A DNA stretch of 32,000 nucleotides, from NCBI RefSeq assembly GCF_000017845.1, contig NC_010547.1, positions 30,001-62,000 of the forward strand, in the 5' to 3' direction. Position 1 is the stretch's first letter. Each line of letters opens with the position of its first letter. Of the stretch, positions 25,466 to 32,000 are shown one piece after another. Source of the DNA: Crocosphaera subtropica ATCC 51142. GTDB lineage: Bacteria > Cyanobacteriota > Cyanobacteriia > Cyanobacteriales > Microcystaceae. The position numbers were made by a program, and so were the translations under genes. The notes under the pieces were generated by a model that had not been told where the DNA came from, did no database searches, and worked only from the letters and a program-made list of their open reading frames with translations.

Positions 25466-25962
25466 TGTAAAATTCCCTCTTTAACTGCTTCAACAATGGG
25501 AACTGTATGGAGTCCATATACCCAAACTAATTCATCACCAAGATAAACTTGAAAACTAACTAAAATCACTAAAATTAATGCCATTCCTAAATAGGCAATA
25601 GGTAATTTGTGTGAACTGCGTAACCGAATCACATAACGCCACCCTGTAAGAGTAGCAATAACCCCTGAAAGCGACCATCCTATTAGGGTGTGTAAATTTA
25701 AAACAGGTTTAACAGCAGCATAAGGTTGGGCTAAACCTGCTTCATATTGTCCAAAAACAATGGCAATAAAAATTGCAATGGTAGCAAAAAACATATTCCA
25801 CCAACTTACTTCATATAAACGAATATTACGGCTAAAATACCCGATAATGTCGCAAATAAAAGCAAATATTACCATTGCAATCACAAAATGGACAACGATA
25901 GGATGAATTGTATCAGGATAGGGTAAATTGTGATCGTTTAAAAGAAGAAAATAGGTAATCAT
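25462..25962 (-). CDS. DUF2231-like membrane protein, paralogue of the next gene
   Basis: 166-aa ORF with ~4 TM helices. Same N-terminal signature as its neighbour (NLPYPDTIHPIVVHFVIAMVIF vs GLPYPIPIHPNLVHLTLGLFII). Confidence 0.7.
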   Translation of the reverse strand: MITYFLLLNDHNLPYPDTIHPIVVHFVIAMVIFAFICDIIGYFSRNIRLYEVSWWNMFFATIAIFIAIVFGQYEAGLAQPYAAVKPVLNLHTLIGWSLSGVIATLTGWRYVIRLRSSHKLPIAYLGMALILVILVSFQVYLGDELVWVYGLHTVPIVEAVKEGILQ

Positions 25963-26080
25963 TCTACATTTTTGGACACAATCAAATAACCTGAACGAAG
26001 ATTCTTTTCACTCCCTTAATTTAGTCAAATATATGTAATCAATCAGTATCATTTAATACTAATTAACTCACTAATTTAGA

Positions 26081-26210
26081 TTGACAACCTGTCTTATTTA
26101 AAGTCTTAAAATTTGACAGTTTGTCTTACTTAAAATTTGACAGTTCGTCATAGTTCAGGAAGATATCTATCAAGAAGATGTCTTCATATTTGACAATAGG
26201 TCTTTTGACT
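26081..26210. promoter_or_regulatory. array of TTGACA-N3/4-TGTCTT (GACA-N3-TGTC) sites in a divergent intergenic region
   Basis: TTGACAACCTGTCTTA (26081-26096), TTGACAGTTTGTCTTA (26113-26128), TTGACAGTTCGTCATA (26137-26152) and TTGACAATAGGTCTTT (26190-26205). Extra half-sites are GTCTTA 26103, TGTCTT 26179, TTGACT 26205 and an inverted TTGTCAAAT at 26245-26253. Confidence 0.5.
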
Positions 26211-26280
26211 AACCTCAATGATTCTGCCAGAATCTCCAAGAAAGTTGTCAAATCATTATTGATTGTGGGAGTGACTAAAC

Positions 26281-27387
26281 GTGAATTTGAATTTCAATCG
26301 TACAGACTTTTCAGTAGGTGATACACCTCTATCTATTGCGTCAGGAAACTTTAACGATGATATTAATTTAGATTTAGTGGTCGTTAATTTAGAGAGCGAT
26401 AATATCTCAGTATTGTTAGGAGATGGAACAGGAGATTTTAGCGACCGTACCGATATCACTGTAGGAGAAGATCCGACATTTGTTGCAGTGGGAGATGTCA
26501 ATAATGATGGGATATTGGATCTAGCAGTTGCTAGTAATGCCAATAATAATGTTTCTATCCTTTTAGGAGATGGACTGGGGAATTTTTCTCTTCCCACTAA
26601 CTTTTCTGTGGGAAGTAGCCCTGTTCCCTTGACCGTTGGAGATTTTAATAATGACACTAATCTCGATCTCGCTGTGGTTAATTTTGAGGGAGATGATGTC
26701 TCAGTCTTACTTGGAGACGGTACTGGTAATTTCACCCTTAATCCTAATAATTTTTTAGTTGGAGACGGGCCTTTTTCAGTAGCAACCGGCCTTTTTGATA
26801 ATGATAATTTCTTAGATTTGGCAGTAGCTAACGCTTTCAGTGATGACGTTTCTATCTTGTTAGGAGACGGCATTGGTAACTTTGGTTCCCCCAACAATTT
26901 TGTTGTGGGGGATAGACCAGATGCTATCTCAGTGGGAGACTTTAATAGTGATGGTCAATTAGATTTAGCAGTTGGTAATGCTGATGATAACGATGTCTCT
27001 ATTTTGTTTGGAGATGGGTTGGGAAGTTTTGGCAACCGCACAGATTTTCCAGTAGGACTTTTACCCCCTTCTGTCGCAGTGGGAGACTTAAATAAGGATG
27101 GAAATCAAGATTTTGCAGTGGCCAACTTTCTCAGTAACAATGTTTCATTACTTTTAGGAGATGGACTAGGGAACTTTAGTAATCCTCGTAACTTGGATGT
27201 TGGTGATGCAGCCAGAGCCGTAGTGATTGGCGATTTCAACAACGATAATAGAGAAGATTTAGCGGTTGCTAATTTCAACAGCGATAATATCTCAGTTTTA
27301 GTTGCTACCCCTACCCCTGAACCTACCGCTCTTTTAGGATTCATTCTGCTAGGTTTATTAGGAATAAGCGCAAGATTGAGAAGATGA
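26281..27387 (+). CDS. FG-GAP/VCBS-type seven-repeat propeller with PEP-CTERM signal, no N-terminal signal peptide
   Basis: 368-aa ORF from GTG. Seven ~50-aa repeats (VGDFN.D..LDLAV.N...[DN].[VI]S[VIL]LLGDG.G.F). C-terminal TPTPEPTALLGFILLGLLGISARLRR. An in-frame stop at 26272-26274 excludes an upstream extension. Confidence 0.8.
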   Translation: MNLNFNRTDFSVGDTPLSIASGNFNDDINLDLVVVNLESDNISVLLGDGTGDFSDRTDITVGEDPTFVAVGDVNNDGILDLAVASNANNNVSILLGDGLGNFSLPTNFSVGSSPVPLTVGDFNNDTNLDLAVVNFEGDDVSVLLGDGTGNFTLNPNNFLVGDGPFSVATGLFDNDNFLDLAVANAFSDDVSILLGDGIGNFGSPNNFVVGDRPDAISVGDFNSDGQLDLAVGNADDNDVSILFGDGLGSFGNRTDFPVGLLPPSVAVGDLNKDGNQDFAVANFLSNNVSLLLGDGLGNFSNPRNLDVGDAARAVVIGDFNNDNREDLAVANFNSDNISVLVATPTPEPTALLGFILLGLLGISARLRR

Positions 27388-27582
27388 TAGACTATTTATA
27401 GGGTTTCAGGGATCTCATGCAAAAGATAGTCTTAGGCCAGTATCATTCTTAGATCAAGCTACATTCACGGATTTTTGTGGCGATCCCATTAGATTTTCGC
27501 AATCGCCGTTTAATAGTATATAAATTCTACATCCAGTACCGAATAATTTACAGGTGGAAAAGATTTATTGACGATGATATGC

Positions 27583-27588
27583 TACAAT
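27583..27588 (+). promoter_or_regulatory. -10 box TACAAT of the metE-operon riboswitch leader
   Basis: It lies ~10 nt upstream of the aptamer P1 strand, in a context duplicated at 19643. Confidence 0.45.
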
Positions 27589-27597
27589 GCAAAAAAT

Positions 27598-27715
27598 ATC
27601 GGTTCTAGTGGAGATCAGCCATTAGAGGTAACGGGGAAAGTTCGGTGTAAATCCGTCGCTGTCCCGCAACTGTGATGAGACGTTTCAACTTCTCTTAGTC
27701 AGAATGCCCGCCGGT
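27598..27715 (+). ncRNA. cobalamin (B12) riboswitch aptamer
   Basis: P1 is ATCGGT (27598-27603) / GCCGGT (27710-27715). Core GGGAAAGTTCGGTGTAAATCCGTCGCTGTCCCGCAACTGT. B12 box AGTCAGAATGCCCGCC (27697-27712). It is upstream of metE, the classic B12-repressed gene. Confidence 0.85.
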
Positions 27716-27881
27716 TAATTAATCCACGTTCATAATCATCTGCGAGGTACGGATTGTGGTCAATACGATTTTTCTGAGGAAGTATTATCCTCAAAAGCTT
27801 TTTACTCAAAAGATCCACATAGATTCTCTATGGAAGTCTCGCCCAAATCTATGGGATTTGTTCGCAACGATGACTTAGAAA

Positions 27882-28469
27882 ATGAAACAAGAATCTATTT
27901 CTAAGGCATTTTCTTGGGAGTCTGCTTGGAAAACCGTTTCTCAAGGGAGTTTTTGGCAATTTAGCCTAATTTTTGTAGGTTATGTTAGTAGCTTAGTTTA
28001 TCCCCATGCACCTTTAGTCGGGTTTTCTGCCGTAGCGGGTAACACGTTAACGCGCAAGAAAGCCTTAACCTGTGTCATGGCGATTTGGTTAGCGAATCAA
28101 CTCTATGGCTTTATTATTCGCCAATATCCTCAAACTTGGGAATCTTTTACCTGGGGCATCGTGATGGGACTGGGAACATTGTTCGTCACGGGGTTAGTTA
28201 CCCTAAGACCAACCTTTTGTCAGCGTTTCTGGGGACATTGCTTGTGGTTAGTCATAAGCGTTATCGGTGGCTATCTTCTATATCAAGGCGCAATTATTGT
28301 ATTTGCCCAGTTAATGGGAGGACACAGCCTAACTTTAGCGATTTTATGGCGAATTTTCCTCAAAAATTGTCTCTGGGGTATAGGTTTATCTCTTATTCAT
28401 GGTTGCGTTGTTGGTGCGATGATGCAATTTTTCCCCCAATATTCGTCCCAGTCAGCAGATAAGGTTTAA
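27882..28469 (+). CDS. polytopic membrane protein of unknown function (5-6 TM) under the B12 riboswitch
   Basis: 195-aa ORF with hydrophobic segments at about aa 24-40, 61-79, 89-108, 119-144 and 150-184. Five Cys residues lie in or near TM helices. It is the first ORF after the riboswitch and is co-directional with metE, 155 nt downstream. Confidence 0.7.
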   Translation: MKQESISKAFSWESAWKTVSQGSFWQFSLIFVGYVSSLVYPHAPLVGFSAVAGNTLTRKKALTCVMAIWLANQLYGFIIRQYPQTWESFTWGIVMGLGTLFVTGLVTLRPTFCQRFWGHCLWLVISVIGGYLLYQGAIIVFAQLMGGHSLTLAILWRIFLKNCLWGIGLSLIHGCVVGAMMQFFPQYSSQSADKV

Positions 28470-28624
28470 GGTTAATTCTCATAATCTGGGATTTAAAGCC
28501 TAAATCTGTCCTTTTTAAATTCATTTCACTTATCCCACTGACTTGTTCTGCAAGTGAGACAGAGTTTTTATGTCTTAATTTTTTGCAATGCCAAGTTTCA
28601 TATTCATTTGTTTTGAGGAAAAAT

Positions 28625-30889
28625 ATGTCAATTATTACTGCAACCCTTGGTTATCCTCGTATTGGAAAGCGTCGCGAAGTTAAGAAAGCTTTAGAGTCGT
28701 TTTGGCGCAATGAATTACCCTCTGAAGAATTATTACAAATTGTTCAAGAGGTAGAAGAAGCCAGTTGGACAAAACAAGCGGAGACGGGAATCGAACAGAT
28801 AGGAATAGGTGATGCAACCCTTTATGACCAAATATTAGACTGGTCGGTGCGTTTAGGCTTAATTCCTGCCCGTTTTCAACAATTTAGTGGTAAAGAGCGT
28901 TATTTCGCTATGGCACGGGGTAAAGATGGGGTTCCTGCCTTAGAAATGACCAAATGGTTTGATACGAATTATCATTATCTTGTGCCTGAAATTACGGCAG
29001 ATATTACCCCTATCGCTGATTTTAGCGATTTTATTACCGTTGTTAAGCGAAGCATCACCCATTTAGGGAAAAAAGCGGTTCCTATCATTATCAGTCCCCT
29101 TACCTTATTACAGTTGAGTCGTTTGGAGGGAGTGGTATTTGAGGACATTCTCAACCAATTATTACCCTTATACTGTGAATTATTGAAGGAATTAAAAGCA
29201 TTAGGGGTTAAAACTGTACAAATTCATGACCCCATCTTAGTTTTAAGCAATGCTTCTCACCTTAAAGCCCATTTTCAAAAGGTTTATACAGAATTCGGAC
29301 AAACAGGACTGAATATTCATCTTGTCACCTATTTCGATGATTTAGGTGATACTTACCCTTGGGTGATGGAATTACCAGTAAACACGATTAGTTTGGATTT
29401 TACACGGGGAAATAACCTAGAATTGCTCCAAAAATACGGATTTCCCTCCGATAAAATTTTAGGAGCCGGGGTGATCGACGGTCGCAATATTTGGTGTATT
29501 CGTCCACAAACTGTCATTTCTTTACTGGAAACCATTCAAACAGTCACCAATAACCTACTGATTCAACCTTCCTCATCTTTACAATTTGTTCCTTACGATG
29601 CGGCCCTAGAGGTTAAATTACCCGAACCCTTGCATAATGTGTTGAGTTTTGCTGAACAAAAATTAGAGGAAGTGGTCATTTCAGGGAAAACCTTAACAGG
29701 AGAAAATACGCAAACAGAACTGGCGTTAATTGAACAAAAATGGGATGAATTTGCTCAATTTAGTCCAGTGAATCAAGAAATTAAAACAAAGCTAGAAAAT
29801 TTAACTCCTGGCGACTTCCAACGTTCTTTATCCTACACTTCACGCATTGCTCAACAAATTTCTCTTCCTACCCTACCTACCACAACCATTGGTTCCTTTC
29901 CCCAAACCTCAGAAGTCCGTAAACTGCGATCGCAGTATAAACGAGGTGATATTAGCCCAGAAGACTATCAGAAAGCAATGGAGGCGGAAATTGCCAAATG
30001 TATTAAGATTCAGGAAGAAATCGGCTTAGATGTCCTAGTACACGGGGAATTTGAACGGACAGATATGGTGGAATATTTTGGGCAACAGTTAGACGGTTTC
30101 GCCTTTACCCAACAGGGATGGGTACAAAGTTACGGCAGTCGTTATGTGCGTCCTCCCATTATTTTCGGCGATGTGGTGCGAACTGCACCGATGACTGTCC
30201 AAGAATACCAATTTGCTCAATCTTTGACCGAAAAACCCGTCAAAGGAATGTTAACTGGCCCAGTCACCATTCTTAACTGGTCTTTCCCTCGTAGCGATAT
30301 TTCTCGTCAAGAACAAGCCTATCAAATTGCGATCGCTATACAAGAAGAAGTCACAGACTTAGAAAAAGCGGGTGCAAAAATGATTCAAGTGGATGAACCT
30401 GCATTTCGGGAAGGTTTACCCTTAAAACAGGAAAAATGGTCTGATTATCTTTCCTGGGCTGTGGATGCCTTTCGTTTAGCCACTGCCAGTGTACAACCCC
30501 AAACCCAAATTCACACCCATATGTGTTATTCCGAGTTTGGCGACATTATCCAAGACATTGAACGCTTAGACGCAGACGTGATTTCCATTGAAAACAGTCG
30601 TAGCAATAATCGTACCTTAGAAGAAGTCGCCGAAGGAGGCTATTCTCATCAAATTGGTAATGGAGTTTATGATATCCATTCCCCCGTTATCCCAACCGTA
30701 GAACAGTTAACCCAACAATTAAAAACCGGAATTTCTACTCTTCCCTTAGAACAAATTTGGGTCAACCCTGATTGTGGGTTAAAAACCAGACGTTGGGAGG
30801 AAGTGATTCCTTCATTGAAAAATATGGTCGAAGCAACCCGAAAAGTCCGAGAAGAGATTGATTTATCGACCCATCATCAAAATTTATAA
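28625..30889 (+). CDS. metE: cobalamin-independent methionine synthase
   Basis: N-terminus MSIITATLGYPRIGKRREVKKALE and C-terminal Zn-site region (..HTHMCYSEFGDII.., ..WVNPDCGLKTR..). I prefer ATG 28625, with GAGGA upstream, over the track start 28583. Confidence 0.93.
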   Translation: MSIITATLGYPRIGKRREVKKALESFWRNELPSEELLQIVQEVEEASWTKQAETGIEQIGIGDATLYDQILDWSVRLGLIPARFQQFSGKERYFAMARGKDGVPALEMTKWFDTNYHYLVPEITADITPIADFSDFITVVKRSITHLGKKAVPIIISPLTLLQLSRLEGVVFEDILNQLLPLYCELLKELKALGVKTVQIHDPILVLSNASHLKAHFQKVYTEFGQTGLNIHLVTYFDDLGDTYPWVMELPVNTISLDFTRGNNLELLQKYGFPSDKILGAGVIDGRNIWCIRPQTVISLLETIQTVTNNLLIQPSSSLQFVPYDAALEVKLPEPLHNVLSFAEQKLEEVVISGKTLTGENTQTELALIEQKWDEFAQFSPVNQEIKTKLENLTPGDFQRSLSYTSRIAQQISLPTLPTTTIGSFPQTSEVRKLRSQYKRGDISPEDYQKAMEAEIAKCIKIQEEIGLDVLVHGEFERTDMVEYFGQQLDGFAFTQQGWVQSYGSRYVRPPIIFGDVVRTAPMTVQEYQFAQSLTEKPVKGMLTGPVTILNWSFPRSDISRQEQAYQIAIAIQEEVTDLEKAGAKMIQVDEPAFREGLPLKQEKWSDYLSWAVDAFRLATASVQPQTQIHTHMCYSEFGDIIQDIERLDADVISIENSRSNNRTLEEVAEGGYSHQIGNGVYDIHSPVIPTVEQLTQQLKTGISTLPLEQIWVNPDCGLKTRRWEEVIPSLKNMVEATRKVREEIDLSTHHQNL

Positions 30890-31003
30890 CCTGTTACTCC
30901 CTTTCACCCAATCAAGCAAAAGCCCAATTCTTATAAGCGGAATGTTAGGATTAAGTCAACAACGCAAATACCAAAAATAACTTGTTGATAAGTGAGGAGA
31001 AAA

Positions 31004-31465
31004 ATGTTACCAAATAATATCCAAGATTGGCAACAAACCTTCATCGAAACTAACTTTATTGTTCTGGGTTTTAATGCTTGGAATGGGTATCTAAAATCTG
31101 GACGAGGGGTAATTGTGTGTAGTACCAATTCCCCTTCCATTAATCGTTTTGGGGAAAGCTTTAAAACTCATTTTGTTCCTCGTTCTCGCCTCGCTCCTTT
31201 TTTAAATGCTTGGTTGGCCGCCCCTGATACGGTCATTGTAAAAGGACATTTTATGACGGATCATATTTTAGAGGCAGTTGATAATTATGATCCGAATCGA
31301 GCTGTTATTTTACTGTTAGAGTTAGGAGAAAATTGTTCATTTTTTTATCTAAAAGAATTGCCCTTATCTCCTCCAAAGTGTCACCAAACAATTTTTAAAA
31401 CTTGGGATGAATTTAAGTTATCTCAAGGGAAATTAAAACCAACCTGTGACACAAAAAATCATTGA
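31004..31465 (+). CDS. hypothetical protein
   Basis: ORF with AGGAGA 5 nt upstream of ATG 31004 (the track start GTG 30992 includes the SD). No motif recognised. Confidence 0.6.
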   Translation: MLPNNIQDWQQTFIETNFIVLGFNAWNGYLKSGRGVIVCSTNSPSINRFGESFKTHFVPRSRLAPFLNAWLAAPDTVIVKGHFMTDHILEAVDNYDPNRAVILLLELGENCSFFYLKELPLSPPKCHQTIFKTWDEFKLSQGKLKPTCDTKNH

Positions 31466-31528
31466 TAATTTAGACTATGTTACAATTTAAAATTGGTTTT
31501 TAATTATACATAAGGTGTGAGTGATTGT

Positions 31529-32000
31529 ATGTCAAATTTATTTTTTGTTTTCAAAATATCAGCGTTTGTTTTTGGTATGATTTCCCTATCAACAACAGTA
31601 AACGCTTTACCAGAGGAAAATTTTCCCAGAAAACAGTTTCAGAACAGTTCCGTAAACTCTGAGACTGCTCAAAAAGCGAATGTTTCAGCCTCACAAGAAA
31701 CCTCCCCTGTTCTTACACTACCTAAACCCGATCACAACTTTCACTTAAGACAGTCTCGTGATGGCTTTTTAAACCCGGCCAGTCGTCGTCAACGTTCCAT
31801 GTCTCAAGTCACCAGTGTTTCGGAATTACAAGACATTTCCCCTACCGACTGGGCCTATGAAGCCCTGCGGGGACTGGTAGAACGGTATGGCTGTATTGTG
31901 GGGTATCCTGATCGTACCTTTCGAGGCAATAGGGCTTTATCTCGTTACGAGTTTGCTGCTGGCTTAAATGCCTGTATGAATACTATAGAACGATTAATCC
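31529..32000 (+). CDS. SLH-domain / OprB-type porin, N-terminal part (runs off the window)
   Basis: Hand-translated from ATG 31529 with no stop to the window end. Signal peptide MSNLFFVFKISAFVFGMISLSTTVNA, then an SLH motif SELQDISPTDWAYEALRGLVERYGCIVGYPDRTFRGNRALSRYEFAAGLNAC. It is not in the ORF track because it lacks a stop. Confidence 0.8.
   Translation, partial: MSNLFFVFKISAFVFGMISLSTTVNALPEENFPRKQFQNSSVNSETAQKANVSASQETSPVLTLPKPDHNFHLRQSRDGFLNPASRRQRSMSQVTSVSELQDISPTDWAYEALRGLVERYGCIVGYPDRTFRGNRALSRYEFAAGLNACMNTIERLI

Noticed and set aside
26256-26897. 213-aa minus-strand ORF (and 27105..27344) opposite the FG-GAP gene
   Set aside because: It is the antisense shadow of a highly repetitive gene. 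The translation is S/P/T/K/L low complexity that mirrors the repeat period. The plus-strand frame has the recognisable FG-GAP repeats and PEP-CTERM signal.
28085-28462. 125-aa alternative-frame ORF overlapping the 195-aa membrane-protein gene
   Set aside because: It is on the same strand in a different frame and is not hydrophobic or motif-bearing. The 27882 frame gives regular TM segments and starts right after the riboswitch platform.

Overview
The DNA looks cyanobacterial: at least 10 HIP1 octamers (GCGATCGC), three PEP-CTERM cargo genes, an SLH/OprB-type porin and an ARTO-type oxidase. All family names below come from motif recognition by eye; no searches were run. The window falls into four blocks. 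(1) nt 1-8226 is an AT-rich accessory block. It holds the 3' part of a CHAT protease gene, a convergent two-gene operon (orphan 228 aa, then a 348-aa tandem DUF1822-like protein), and a divergent 1189-aa HTH/NB-ARC/14xWD40 STAND NTPase with a duplicated Walker A. A 53-aa ORF and a PEP-CTERM beta-propeller follow. (2) nt 8534-17250 starts with a decayed relic of a second STAND N-terminus. A plasmid-like module follows: a small HTH protein, a Zn-finger/TOPRIM/P-loop primase-helicase of CyRepA type, a 366-aa protein ending in an SSB-like acidic ...PIPF tip, and a type IA topoisomerase. Two ~170-nt repeat units with mini-ORFs close the block. No integrase, transposase, tRNA or CRISPR array was seen. 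(3) nt 17265-27387 holds an outer-membrane barrel and a PEP-CTERM protein. An orphan cobalamin-riboswitch-like leader then points into the 3' end of a six-gene minus-strand cluster (2x DUF2231-like, CuA-less ctaC, ctaD, ctaE, GMC oxidoreductase). A dense GACA-N3-TGTC motif array and an FG-GAP PEP-CTERM protein without a signal peptide follow. (4) nt 27558-32000 holds a second riboswitch copy, an unknown 195-aa polytopic membrane protein, metE, a hypothetical gene and a partial porin. The most promising leads are the CHAT/DUF1822-like/orphan/STAND locus, the SSB-tipped protein in the replication module, the orphan B12 leader convergent with the oxidase operon, and the riboswitch-controlled membrane protein.
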